The notes beneath the pieces are model-generated. The model worked only from the letters and a program-made list of their open reading frames with translations, searched no databases and was not told the origin of the DNA. A DNA stretch of 63,985 bases, counting the filler, from Porpidia crustulata (Eukaryota): the NCBI GenBank assembly GCA_964255105.1. It is 5 parts of 5 records of this genome, joined end to end, with 100 filler letters (N's around TTAATTAATTAA, not from the genome) between each part and the next. Parts side by side here need not be neighbours in the genome. Positions count along the whole stretch, not along the records: positions 25,860 to 38,645 come from CAXUWE010000483.1; positions 38,746 to 51,527 come from CAXUWE010000484.1; 3 more parts are not named here. One strand, 5' to 3'. The first letter of the stretch is position 1, and each line of letters begins with the position of its first letter. A program made the translations under genes and the position numbers. This document shows positions 34,278-47,500 of the stretch, piece after piece.

Positions 34278-35140
34278 ATAAGGTCTGAAGCTGTTTTAAT
34301 TTTCTCGGCCGGCATTTACGGCTGGCCTATGGAGCACCTTGAGAGCCACGCCTACGGTTAAACCACTGAATAGCGTGGGTATAGACGGTTGGGTTAACTG
34401 TCATGCGTTTCACAAGCCTTGCTTACGCCTGCTTTACTTTGAAGATAGCAACCCTTGGCCACCTCTGACATTCTGCTTGTATTTAACTTTCTGCCTCTGT
34501 ATTGAACAATCGGTTCACCTGATTATCCTCTCCTTGTTGGCGGTTCAAGTAGCCCAGAGCGTTTCGCCTTATTCGCTTTTCCCTTGGCTTCTTGCTGCAG
34601 GATGAGCAAATCGATAGTGTCAAATTGCGCTAATGACGAGTACAGGACAGGGGTTCGCTTTTGGATGCTGCTGCTCGAAAGAGGCCCCTGTTATGGATGC
34701 TAATGTCTGGAGCCGATTGTGGATGCTACCGCAATTTAGATCATGAATCGACAAGACAAAGGCCCTTGATCTGCCGAAAATGTTTGGAGATTGTCGAATC
34801 CTCTCAAGAAAGGACCGTTTACAGACATCTCAACATCTACAATGGATGTTCGAATTCTTAAGGTAAGGCTGTCCGGCATATCCTTCGATAGACTGCTAAG
34901 CTTCTTTCAAGTTTGAACACTCTCTCGGGAGCTTGCTGGAGGAATCAAATCCTGAAAAGGACGAGAACATAAAACGCAAGATCATTGACGAGAAAAGGAA
35001 ACGAAGGAAATTTTTTATGTTCATGTCTACAGTGTAACGACTAAAATATGGCTGTAATTTCCCGTTGTACAGTTCTCTTCTATCTGTTTCCTAGAACATC
35101 GCCGTCATAGTATAATCCTATTACCATATCCTATCTCCCA

Positions 35141-35239
35141 GCTCCAATTCTAGCTCCCGGCTCCAGTTCTGGCTCCCTGCTCCAATCTTGCCCCCCTGCT
35201 CCAATTCTGGCTTTGTGATTCCCCGCTCCAGTTCTGACT
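35141..35239. repeat. 19-bp tandem minisatellite (about 4 units plus one displaced unit)
   Basis: Units gctccaattctagctcccg, gctccagttctggctccct, gctccaatcttgcccccct and gctccaattctggct start at 35141, 35160, 35179 and 35198; another gctccagttctg starts at 35225. Confidence 0.8.
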
Positions 35240-37108
35240 TTAAGAGCGCTGAATTCCCACAATCCAGTGAGGTAAACACTTGAGCTTTAAACGAAAAGGT
35301 AATTTATTTGGTTCAAACATTGAAGCGAAGGTGTTGACTGGGTACAAAGATCCTAATTCTACGAAAAGAAAACCGGTTCAATCCTCCTAACGCACTACGT
35401 CCATCATGATGTTCATCATCGTATTTCCAAAATTCTTCACCCGTCCGCAGAAGATACTTGACGAGAATTCCAGCCCGCGAAATCCTCGCAAAGCAGCCCG
35501 GGAGGTTCGGCGAGCAAGGTTCCGCGCTCTCCTACATGAGCACGCCCCCTTCCTCCTAGGATGGACTCCGAACGACTCTGGAACGTCTTGCAATGACCAT
35601 AAGTTCAGCTTAAGCAAGGCGACCCCTCCACCTTACAATCAAAACCCGGAGGCGTCCGAAGCGGCAAGCTGATGAGATGGAAACAATCCAAGTGGCTATG
35701 GTTTTAAAGGACCGTGTCACTCAAAATTTCGATTCAAGTCTGCATGAGAGCAATCAGTGTATTCTACTTCCTTGAGTTGGGCAGAATCAAGTAACATGCG
35801 TCGACTACACTCAATCGTGATCTTCAGCGCAAGGTTGCTGATTGAAGACGGTTCTGTCACAAAACCATCGTCATCATTCCTCGAGAAACTGATTCCCCTA
35901 ATCACTTTGAGTCCATATATCTCCCCATACCTTCTGATTGATACTTTGTACAGAAAAGTAATTGTGGAGGGAGAAACCCGTTCTCCCACAACTATGAGAT
36001 ACTTAAGTGGCTTTGGTGTGGTTCAATTAACACTTTGATGCATGATGTAACGTCCCTCCATGGATGGCGGAAAACCCACCGTGCCGGAAAATATGAGGGG
36101 TACTTTGACTTCAAGCGACTAATTAAGGGCTGGGCTAATGGACCATAATACAGATATCGTTGATCCTGAGTCGCTCCAGTAATTGGGTTGCTAAATCATC
36201 TCTAGTCGATACAATAGAGAATCCGAAAGCCGGTCGAGGGAGTCTAGCAACAACTTGCTCAAAACCATGGTACGCTTGGTCGGTCTAAAGTCCCTAGTCA
36301 AAATAGAAACCACAACTGGTGTCAAGGCAACTACTTTAGAGGTCGCATAGAGCTATGAGTTCATATCCAGCTGTACCACTGACCACATGAATCAAGACCA
36401 AATATCTCCAAACTGGCTTTCAAAGGCGACGTCGGATGTCTTTCACCATAGAATAGATTATGAGATAGGTAATCAGCCGAATGAGTAGGTGCAGCGAAGA
36501 TTTGAGGATAGCTCTGACTCAACAAACACATTCGAGTTGTTTGATCCTCCTGATCCATGGGTCAGAGTATTTATTATTCCACACCTTTCCGGGCGGAGGA
36601 CTGCGGGACTCCATGCGTGGACCGTGGTGCAGCCAATTTTGGAATCACGGATAGCTCGAATTTCATAGGGTGTCAAGTTGGGTGTCCGCAGAGAATATGT
36701 AAAGCTTGGGTCTTGATTGATAAATTCCTGGTGCTTGATGAATGAATGGCGAAATACATGTCATCAAGAAGGATAGGGAGTCGAGGGATGTGGTGATTCG
36801 TTTTTTGGAGAAGCAGGAGAATGTCAGGATGTGCCGCTTTCCCTTCTTGGGTCTAGTCAACTCAAGGAATATCAATGTTGTGGTTCTCATGGTCCTCAGT
36901 TATTTAGACATCAAAGCACGCAAAATAAACTAGCATTTCTAATCTAGTATTGTCCTTGATATTTGTTGTGAATCTACGTAGAAATTGGGTATCGCCAAGC
37001 AGCCTGTGAAAAATGGCGTCCATCAATCTGAACCAGTGGGACGTCCACTGAAATAATCCACCTATCCCATTCTATGGCTTCACCTCGATTGACAATTACC
37101 ATACTTCC

Positions 37109-38645
37109 ATGATGAGGAAATCATTCAGCAAAGCCAAATTCGCGCTCTCGGATTCCGCATCGCAATCCTCCAAATCCCGGAGCAAGCTCCAGCAGCAACC
37201 TATTGAGCGAGCTCCAACACTACCAGTGATAGAACCACCAACTGTCCTCGACGTACTTCGGTACCGCTACCACCATGGAGCCAACCTTGGTGGCTTTTTT
37301 GTTCTTGAGAAATGGCTGCAGCCTGGCATGTTTGACCCTGTAGCCGACAGAGATAGCGAATTAGATGCCGTGCGGGCGTGAGTATATAATTTTCAAGTCA
37401 ACACTGGCAAAGTCCCGGCTAATGATACTATAAGGTCCTTAGCGGAACATGGTGTTGAGGAGACCCGATCTCGTTGGGAGTCTCACTGGGCATCTGCCCT
37501 CTCGGATGAGGATATTGACTTCCTAGCTAATACAGCTCATTGTACCTCGATCTGTCTTCCAATTGGTTACTTCACCCTTGGGCTACTATTCATTCATCAG
37601 ACCCCTTTTCAAAGCGACTCCTCGCAAGTCTACACCTCGGCATGGTCTGCCGTTATTAGTCTATGTGCTCGCTTGCACGCCCACGGTATTGGCACCCTTC
37701 TAGACCTTCACGCAGTCCTCGGAGGAGCGAATAAAGACGACCATGGTGGCACGTCGAGTGGAGAAGCTAAGTTATGGGGTAACAAACAAAACTTGGCACA
37801 TGCGACGAACTGCCTCAAATTTATCGCCGAGGAGGTTCATCAAGGCAAGGTGGAGGGATGTATAGGGATATAAATATGCAACGAAGCGGTTTGGGCCGCG
37901 GAAGGCTTGTTTGAATGGTATGCGGATGTCGTCCATGCGATTGCGAAGATCGACAATAGTATCCCGCTTTACATCAGCGATGCATGGGACCTCAACACGG
38001 CGCTCGCCTGGGCCGCAAAGATAAATCTATCCGAACCCGACTCAAACCCCGTGATCATAGATACGCACCGATACTATACCTTCACCAACGAAGACCGAGC
38101 TAAAAGCGCCCCCGAAATCACCGCCCACATACCTAAGGAACTCGCAGAGGTCCAGAGCAAATCCGGCCACGTCCTCAAGAACGGCGCGACCCAAGCTATC
38201 GTCGGTGAGTGGAGTTGCGTCCTCGACACCAACACCTGGAGCAAATCTCCCGCCGCCAAAAAAGACGCCCTGGTCCGCCAATTCAGCCATGTGCAGCAAA
38301 CCCAATGGCGCCAACACAGCAGCGGCGCCTTCTTCTGGACCGCTAAGATGCAATGGATGGACGGTGGCGAATGGGGCTTCTTCGCCATGACCAAATCCGG
38401 CGCCATCACCGCCCCCCTCGAAACGACCCTCACGCGCGCCCAGGTCGAAGCGAAACTCAGCGCCGTCCATCGCAGCCACGCCGCGACTAAACTCCGCACC
38501 ATGAACGCCCACGTCGACTTCTGGGACGAGCCCGCCCCACAGCAAGCCCACCTCGAACACTACCACTTTGAGCAGGGCTGGGACCTGGCGTTTGCGGATG
38601 CGACGGCTTTTTTCGGGATGCGCGTGCAAGGGGGGGAATTGGGGG
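37109..38645 (+). pseudogene. Glycoside hydrolase family 5 (glucan 1,3-beta-glucosidase-like) with internal TAA at 37871-37873; truncated by the contig end
   Basis: Motifs 'RYRYHHGANLGGFFVLEKW', 'LPIGYF', 'LLDLHA..GGAN', 'GI*ICNEA' (acid/base NE), 'IDTHRYY', 'IVGEWS' (nucleophile), 'FFWT'. Intron 37378-37434. Confidence 0.85.
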
Positions 38646-38745
38646 NNNNNNNNNNNNNNNNNNNNNNNNNNNNNNNNNNNNNNNNNNNNTTAATTAATTA
38701 ANNNNNNNNNNNNNNNNNNNNNNNNNNNNNNNNNNNNNNNNNNNN
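38646..38745. other. Artificial contig linker
   Basis: 44 N + TTAATTAATTAA + 44 N. Confidence 0.99.
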
Positions 38746-38812
38746 GAACCCTTCTCATGGTATTCTCGCAATCTATGTACAAATCACCCACACCTCCCCC
38801 TTACCGCCTCCA

Positions 38813-40394
38813 CTACCCCTCCGCCAACTTCAATAGCCCCTCAAGATTAATACTCTTCGGCCTCTCAATCGGCAGTCCCAATGCCCGATCCCACACCAAC
38901 TGCGCCAACGGCCCCAACCCCCGACTCACCCCGAACGTCGCCGTATAGTACAGCGTCTCGTGAAACCCGTAATGGTGGAACAGCACGCCGCTGGACGAAT
39001 CCACGTTGGGAAACGGGTTCTTGGTCTTGCCGTGCTCCTTGAGCACGCCGGGCGCGATCTCCGAGTTGCGCTTGACGAGCTGGAAGACCGGGTCGGCGGC
39101 GATCTCGGGGCGGGCGGAGGCGAAGTCCATGAGGGCTTTGAAGCGGGGGTCCGGGCGGCGCAGGACGGCGTGGCCGTAGCCGGGCACGACTTGGCCGGAT
39201 TTGAGGGTGCTCCAGAGGTAGTCTTTGATGGAGGCGTCGGTGAAGGAGGTGCCGATGTGGGATTGCATTTTGAGGACCCAGCGGAGGACTTCTTGAGCTG
39301 CGAGTCTGGAGAGGTCGGTGTGGTTAGGGAAAGGGATCTTGAGGTGCATCAGTTTTGGACTTACCCGTGTAAAGGACCGGCAAGACCTTGCAGTCCAGCG
39401 CTGTAGCTCAAGAAGGGGTCACTTAGTGCACTTCCGACAAGGTGTGTCGCGTGTGCGGAGACGTTGCCGCCTTCGTGGTCGCCGTGGAGTGCTAGGTATA
39501 GCCTAAGAAGGTCCTGGAAGTTTTCGTTCTCCTTCCCACCTTTACCTAGCATAGCGGCGAAGTTGTAAGACCAGTCCTGTTCTCGATCAATTTGTGCGGG
39601 CAAAGTACCACCGCCCCTGTATGAGTTTTGGTAGATCTTTGCAGCAATGGTTGGGAGCTTCGCGAGCAAGGAAATGCTATCATCGAACGTTGGTTCCCAG
39701 TACTCTGACTTGTTCACCCCCTTCTCATATGCTTTGGCAAAGACGGAGCCGTGATTGAGCGCCGACACGGCACAGGAGAATTGTGTCATTGGGTGCAGGT
39801 CTGTAGGGAAATTGTCAAGCATTGACTCGACAAACTGTGGAAGACTTGATTTCTCCGCAAGTTCTCGCGAGAATGTACGAATTTGTGAAGTTGAAGGGAC
39901 TTGGCCTGTCAATAGCAGCCAAAACATGGCTTCAGGCAGCATTTCTGTGCCCGATGTTCCTTTTGGAAGGACCCTCTGGCAGTCTTCTATCGTTTTGCCG
40001 TGAAACCGAATACCCTCGTTTGCGTCGAGTACCGAGCCTTCCCATACCATTGCCTTTAGACCTCTACCATCAATGTCAAACGTATTTTTCTGGGCTGAGA
40101 ACTCGTCGAGCGTACCTCATGCCACCAAGAGTATTCTCAATCTTGACCTCGCCGATGACCTTTTCTGCATGGCTCTTGACTTTTTTAAGCAGCTCTCTTT
40201 TGGCTGGTATGAGCTCTCTCAAAGTGGTCTTTAAATCAGGTTCCGGAGCTGAAGAGTAAGGTCTTATGGGGACAGATATACAGGGCCTTGCAATTAACTG
40301 GATTGTGAACTTTAGCAATGCCTTCGACATTGACATGAAGCAGTACCTTGAGTGTGCAAGCAGCCCTTGAGGCTGCTTTGGTCCTCAACAACAT
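38813..40394 (-). CDS. mcsA: 2-methylcitrate synthase, mitochondrial (citrate synthase family), multi-exon
   Basis: Motifs '[16 protein letters not shown]', '[14 protein letters not shown]', 'GLAGPLHG', '[17 protein letters not shown]', '[11 protein letters not shown]' and an N-terminal targeting-like peptide. The 'LHGDHEGG' variant and head-to-head linkage to methylisocitrate lyase favour methylcitrate synthase over Cit1. Confidence 0.9.
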
Positions 40395-40919
40395 TCCTTG
40401 GAAGCTCAGTACCTTCCCAGGATAGTCAATTATTGGCAACGAGCTCACAGAACCTCTTTGGGGACTTATAGCTACTATGAAGATTCGTCAAGTAATTGAA
40501 AGAAGCGTAAGGGATATTTAATTCAGTATATCAAAATCCCAACTTCCTATGCTCCCCAAAGCTCATTCTCCCCGCAGGCATGGGCCGATGTTTCTCCGGA
40601 CTATTCGGCATGACGTCTTAAGTCCGGCCCACGGGAACACAATATGCGAAAGTCGAAAGGCTTGATGAAAGCAATATCATTTCGTGACTGGGAAAAACTG
40701 CGGAGGATAGCGCCTGCTTGACCATTTTAAAGACTTGATTCTACCAATTTCTCAGCACTCATTGTGGAGCACGAGATCGCCGATCTTAAGCGGCCAGCTC
40801 TGAAAGTCCGTGCTTATTTGATTGTAATGCTATCTTCTAAAGATCATTCTGAAATGAATATCTGACAGTGAGCTTCAAGCAAATAAATCATCCTCAATCC
40901 TCGAACAATTGCAAGCAGG
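40395..40919. promoter_or_regulatory. Shared bidirectional promoter of the methylcitrate synthase / methylisocitrate lyase pair
   Basis: 525-nt gap between divergent ATGs. CCG/CGG triplets cluster at 40583-40630, and tcttaag(tc)cggcc occurs at 40616 and 40784. Confidence 0.6.
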
Positions 40920-42997
40920 ATGTTACGGAACGCCGTTAAGATATTAGAGCGTCGAGCAGCATTGAAGTATTTGCGAACAGCCCAGCTTTTCAAGCACACC
41001 TCTACTACTAGTAGAATGTCAAGTCACTTGTCCAATGTTACCCCTACAGTGTCTCATGTCTCACCAGCAGACTCGTACCAGCTATTAGCCACGATAGAAA
41101 AATCCGGGTCAGCAGAGGATGCGCTTTATGAACAAGAAGTCAAAGACGTAAGAGATTGGTGGGCAACTCAGAGATACGCCGGCATCAAAAGAACGTACTC
41201 GGCAGAAGATGTGGTGACCAAAAGAGGGGCTCTGCAACAATCATACCCCAGCTCTCTAATGGCAAGAAAGCTGTACAATTTGTTTCAGGAAAGAGCGGCT
41301 GCTGGAGAACCTGTACACACTAGTGCGTCAAGACCACTGTGACTAAGGCTTCTTGAGGCATACTGAACATATCCTAGTGGGAGCTATCGACCCAGTCCAG
41401 ATGACACAGCAAGCTGCAAATCAGGAAGTGCTATATATCTCTGGATGGGCCTGCTCCTCGGTCTTGGCTAGTACCAATGAGGTGTCACCTGATTTTGGTG
41501 ACTACCCTTATAATACGGTACCCAATCAGGTACAAAGGCTATTCAAAGCTCAACAGTTACACGACCGCAAACATTGGGATGCTCGGAGAAAGATGAGCCC
41601 AATCGAAAGGAAGCAGACACCGTATATAGATTACATGAGGCCAATAATTGCAGATGGTGATACAGGGTGAGCGACTCGCGGGTCTTTGATGACCACAAGC
41701 TAATGGATGATAAGTCACGGAGGACTCACAGCAGTGATGAAGCTGGCAAAATTATTCGCGGAAGATGGCGCTGCGGCTGTTCATTTTGAAGACCAATTGC
41801 ATGGTGGGAAGAAATGTGGTCACCTTGCAGGCAAAGTCCTTGTGCCCGTTGGAGAACACATCAATCGGCTGGTGGCTACCAGGTTCCAGTGGGATCTGAT
41901 GGGTTGCGAGAACCTTATAATAGCTAGGACGGATTCCGAGTCTGGCAAACTTTTGAGCAGTGCGATAGATGTACGAGATCATGAATATATACTCGGTGTG
42001 ACTGAAGAAGCCGAACCTTTGGCGGAGACCCTTCAATTGATGGAGCTTAAGGGGGCTACAGGAGCAACTATAGATAAATTTGAAGCAGATTGGGTGAAAA
42101 GTCACAAGCTCGTGACGTTTGACGAAGGTTAGCGCTGAACTGACGTTGGTATGGAATAAGCCGAAGACTAACGACTGTGATTTTGTGCAGCTGTGTTACA
42201 GCAGCTCAAGTCAGAGGGTGCAAATGCCAGTAAGATTAAAGAATATTCATCTCAGGTCAAGAAAGATCGAAATATGCCCCTTTCGCGGCGACGGATGCTC
42301 GCAGCCCAGTATGCCAAAACCCCAGTGTACTTCTCTTGGGACGTCCCAAGGACTCGAGAAGGATTTTACCATTATAAAGCTGGACTGCCCGCTGCAACAA
42401 AGAGAGCCATCGAATTTGCTCCATACGCCGATTTGCTATGGCTTGAGACCGCTGACCCAAGTCTAAGCAGAGCCGGTGGCTTTGCCAGCGAGATAAGAGC
42501 GGCTTTCCCTGGAAAGCAATTGGTGTATAACCTCAGCCCGTCGTTCAACTGGATGGGTCAGGGCTTTGACGAAGCGTCTTTGAAATCGTTTATTTGGGAG
42601 CTTGCGAAGCACGGGTGAGTTCTTGCATTTGGGGAAAGCAAAGTAATTTGGATATTTGCTGATACCGCCTATAGCTTTGTTATGCAACTAATATCTCTTG
42701 CTGGCCTTCACTCTACAGCACTGACAACAGCAGAGTTGTCGAAGGCTTTCAAGGAGGACGGTATGCTGGCCTATGTGAACCTCATTCAGAGGCGGGAGAA
42801 AGAGCTAGGAGTAGACGTATTGACTCATCAGAAGTGGAGTGGCGCCGCGTACGTGGACGGAATCTTGGGCGCAATTCAAAGTGGCAGTAGCTCAAGCAAG
42901 AGCATGGGAGAAGGTAATACAGAAATGGGTATGCTGCTTCCAATTCGTCAATTTTAGGGATGTCGAGCTGATCACTTTGGCTGTGCCAGGTTTTTGA
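40920..42997 (+). CDS. mcl1: 2-methylisocitrate lyase, mitochondrial (ICL family), 6 exons
   Basis: '[10 protein letters not shown]' (Leu variant versus KKCGHM in glyoxylate ICL), '[12 protein letters not shown]', 'ARTDSE', 'YNLSPSFNW', 'QLISLAGLH', 'HQKWSGA'; Arg-rich mitochondrial-type presequence. Confidence 0.93.
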
Positions 42998-44558
42998 ATT
43001 GATTTTGAGAGGATTTCTTGAGATCTAACCTCAACGAGAGTCACTAAGTCCATCATATTCAATGTCGTTGACTTTATCAACAACCTAGCCGTATTTGTAC
43101 TCTAGTAGAGCAAGTATCACTCCACAGGACAGAGCAGGATCTCACCACTTTGCCACTATCAACGACAAGAGTAACCGGACTCCTATATAGCGAATCAACT
43201 ATACCTCACCATCTTTCAGTTTACTGTCCAGCATTCCCACTAACTCCTTACTTTCTTCGAACCCCCTAGTCTGATGGACCTAGGAGCCCTCAGCAAGATC
43301 AAGAAGAGCTTTTGTCAGGTATTCTGTGAGCGTTCAGGATAGACCTCGCGAGCAGTAAGTCAGCCTTTATACAGCCCTATAACGAGCCAAACTGATTCTA
43401 TGTAGCTTTTGACTTATCTCGATCTTTGCCACGTCTAGCACCATGAAGCGTCCTTCTGCCTCCTCAAATACTAGCCGTCACTATGGTATTCTATTCGACC
43501 CCTCCTCTCCTGATGCCCCTTGGGGGACCAGGCAGTTGCGATTCGTCGCATTGAGGCAGCAGAAACCCTGGGTTCGTAGTATCTCGCTGGATTTACGGCG
43601 AATGGGAACCCGAGTTCAGCATAAGCTCCACCAAGCAATCTCATAATTAGACTGTACAAGAAGATGAGCCGTTGACCGGAACAATGTAAGATCTAGTCCA
43701 GTGGTGGAGGACACGTAGTGAAGGCTGGTGGAACGAAGCATTAGCGGCGATGAAAAGCCAAGGCTGGTCGGAAACTCCTTATACTTGTCAAAGTAGATGG
43801 GTCAGAAATCTACGTAAACAGACACAGCTGGTGAGAGGATGTCGGGGCCTGGCAATGGACAACGCAAGTTGACGATTCGGTAATCGCTGCCTAGCACCCG
43901 CAAGGCGAGAAGCAAGGCCATGGCAAACCGACAAGATGAGAGAGGCACAATGATCACCCCCATTGATTGGTATTGCATGAAGGTCATATTGCTATGGACT
44001 ACTCAGATTGGTTTTAATTGCTCGGACATAGAAGCGAGGATGCCGGCCTGAAATCAATCTTATATGTCCGAAGATTAAAAACCAGCCTGAGTAGCCTCCA
44101 ATACTTTTCTAGATTGATTGTAGGAAAGGGGAAAGGGGGAGATTGGGATAATAATTGGCACATGCCAGTCGCTATTCTTCTTGCGCTCATTGGATACCAA
44201 AGTACCAATTATTGTGCTTTCAGGATTAGCTTATCTTAGCGTTAGATCAATTGCTGACAGCACCGAAATTTTTTCCCAAATGCGGATCTTGAATCAATCG
44301 TTCCACGCCCACTCACCGTTTCGAAAATTTCATCACCCACATGTGAGGGACGCCTGTCTTCCTCATTGCCAGACATTCTAGCCCTCATATTTCCCTTCAG
44401 TTCAGACATTCTTCCGCATCGTATTGTAGTATTTGGTCGAATCTCCCCTCCATAACCCTGTAATGCGCATCGTCGGCTCAGCTACCACATAATCAACCCT
44501 TGATCATAATTAACGACCTGTTACTGACTGACTACCACCACGAAGACCTTGGCAAAGG

Positions 44559-47500
44559 ATGCCACACCAAGTGTTGCCGCCCGTCGCACACGTTATGATA
44601 TCCAAATCCTCGACGCCTTCGGGTGTCCCACCTACGCAAGAGGAGATCTCATCCTTCCTCGAGACTATTTTCAAAGCGCAAACGTCCCAGGCCTCCCTCG
44701 ATGCCGCCTATGGCCTGACAAATCTTCTACTCAACTCGGTTGGTTTCCGCGGCTTTAGCGCATACGGCCTACTCAATGAGATCAGGAAGGCTGCTGCAGA
44801 CAAGAAAGATGGTTCGAGGCGTGAAAGCGCTATGAATCTTGTGGGCGCGCTATTCGAAAGATTTCCACCAGTGCAACGAATCAGTGAAGTCACATTTCTA
44901 TCACAAGATGGAGGATTGATTGCGCAAGCACTGGACGCCCTTGCCGACAAGGGGTCTGTTGTCCGCGAGTCAGCACAATACGCAATCGATGCGTTATACA
45001 TGAACCTGACACCAGAAAGCAAGGTAGCCGGGTTACTACCAGCACTTTCTAAATATCTTGCAAAACGGTCTGGTAAATGGCAAGGCGCAGTTGGTGCCTA
45101 TGAACTTATTGGGCGAATGGCCGACAGTTCAAAAATGGGAACGGGTAGCAAGGAGGAGGAGGGTCTTAAAGATGTTCTGAGGGAGTCAATGGGTAAGAGA
45201 CTTGCAGGTCTAATTCCAATCGTCGAGGCAGGCATGCACGATCTGAAATCAGAAGTACGTATAAGCTAGGCCAGCTCGCTTCGAGTGTACTAACCACGTG
45301 TTCCAGGTCGAAAAGCAGGCATTGAAGACCATGACCTCTTTGACGACCTTACTTTCCAATGACGACGTTTCTCCCCGGATACCACTATTGATCAAGACAA
45401 TGCAAAATCCATCCACGGAGACATTGCAGAAAGCTATTCATGCTCTGTCACAAACAACTTTCGTCGCTATTGTCACATCACCAGTCCTAGCTCTACTCAC
45501 ACCCCTCCTCGAACGGTCTTTGAATACGCCTACAACTTCTCAGGAAGTCCTGCGACAGACTGTTGTGGTGGTGAAGAATCTTACGAAACTTGTCCATGAC
45601 CCGGTTGAAGCGAGAACATTCTTACCAAAATTGTTACCGGGAGTTCAGGGAGTCAAGAACAGGGCCTCCCTGCCCGAGGTTCGTGAGCTCGCCGCTCGAT
45701 CTCTAGGAATTATCAAAAAGGCAATGGGAGACGATGACGGCAGTGTTATAAATGGGCAAATTACTCCCACGACGTCCGAGGATGTACTCGTTATCTTGGA
45801 AAAAGAGATCAAATCACAAGGTGGATTGATTGGCTTTCCAGGAGATAACGAACTATGGTCGGTCACAAAACCCTACATTGCAGAGATGGTGATACAGGAC
45901 GTAAATCTTCGCCACGTTTCACGTATAAACCTTTCTATCGATCCCTACCTTAGACACCTCTTGAACGATGGCAAATCCGAAGCAGTCGCTGAAGCACTCC
46001 AAACGTATTTCGTCGACGAGGATCACCGCAAGTTTGGCCAGCCCATCAAGCCTGCCAGTGGTGAGGTCGAGATTGTCAATACCGACTTTTCTCTAGCCTA
46101 TGGTGGTATGCTTTTATTATCACACACTAATATCACTCTACATAAAGGTCATCGATATGGCCTTTGCGGTCGTAATGGCGCAGGAAAATCTACGCTGATG
46201 CGAAGTATTGCAAATGGGAAGCTCGAAGGGTTTCCTAGTAAAGACGAGCTAAGGACTTGCTTTGTTGAACATAACCAGGGTGAAGATGCCGACTTGAGCA
46301 TTTTGGAGTTCATGGTGAAAGATCCAGATCTAGTAGCTGAGGGAAGGACAAGAATCTCCAAGGTACTGGCAGAAGTTGGATTCACGGCTGGCCCTAATGG
46401 CCGTCAGCAAGACAAGGTTGGGTCGTTGTCTGGAGGATGGAAAATGAAGCTTGCACTGGCACGTGCTATGCTGATGCGCGCGGATGTACTATTGTTGGAC
46501 GAACCAACGAATCATCTCGATGTAGCCAATGTCAAGTGGCTGGAAGAGTACCTTAAGAGCCACACTGAGATCACCAGTTTGATCGTGAGCCACGACTCGG
46601 GCTTCTTGGACAACGTATGTACGGACATCTATCATTACGAAGGAAAGAAGTTGGTATGCTATCCTGGAAATCTTGCTGCATTTGTGTCAGTTAAACCGGA
46701 AGCCAAGAGCTACTACACCCTTTCAGCGTCCCAAGTGAAATTCAAATTCCCAAACCCCGGTCTACTCACTGGAGTAAAATCGAATACTAAAGCAATTATT
46801 CGAATGTCCAACTGCACATACACATACCCCGGCGCATCGAAACCCTCACTACAAGATGTAACATGCGCTCTCACGCTGTCCTCTCGAACCGCCATCATTG
46901 GTGCCAACGGAGCCGGCAAGTCTACTCTCATAAAATTACTGACTGGAGAGACGATCCCTCAGCTAGGCCGCGTTGAGAAACATCCTAATCTACGCATCGG
47001 TTACATTAAACAACATGCTCTCGAGCACGTCGAAATGCATCTGGAAAAGACTCCCAATCAGTACCTGCAATGGCGCTATGCAAATGGTGATGATCGAGAA
47101 GTCCTGATGAAGCAGACTCGTGTCCTCACACCTGAAGATCAGGCACAAATGAACAAAATCATTGAGCTACCTGGTATGACGGGTCGACGGCTAGAGAATC
47201 TGATGGGAAGGCAGAAATACAAGAAATCCTTTCAGTACGAGGTGAAGTGGGTGGGAATGCTACCTAAGCACAACTCTCAAGTTTCACGTGAGACTTTGCT
47301 CGAATTGGGTTTCGACAAGCTCATACAAGAATTCGACGACCACGAAGCTTCGAGAGAAGGTCTTGGATTCCGTATACTTGAGCCGAAAGTTATCTCGAAG
47401 CACTTTGAAGATATTGGTCTTGATCCGGAGATTGCAGATCATAACGAAATCTCCGGTCTCTCTGGCGGACAGAAAGTGAAAGTTGTGCTTGCTGGTGCCA

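Noticed and set aside
35400..37000. Short ORFs on both strands upstream of GH5
   Set aside because: Fragmented, with no identifiable domain; possibly a degenerate gene but not assignable.
31596..37873. Premature stops as A-to-I-edited (stop-loss) pseudogenes
   Set aside because: Known fungal restorative editing mainly converts UAG to UGG (Trp). Both stops here are TAA, and at least the GH5 site should be Gln/Glu rather than Trp.
38042..39406. Long antisense ORFs over the GH5 and mcsA genes
   Set aside because: Shadow ORFs caused by GC-rich codon usage on the coding strand; no independent motifs.
37109..42997. Apparent cluster of GH5 with the methylcitrate genes
   Set aside because: Separated by an artificial linker; they are on different contigs.
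43273..43720. Possible spliced gene relic after mcl1
   Set aside because: It has splice-like signals but several stops and no family I can recognise.
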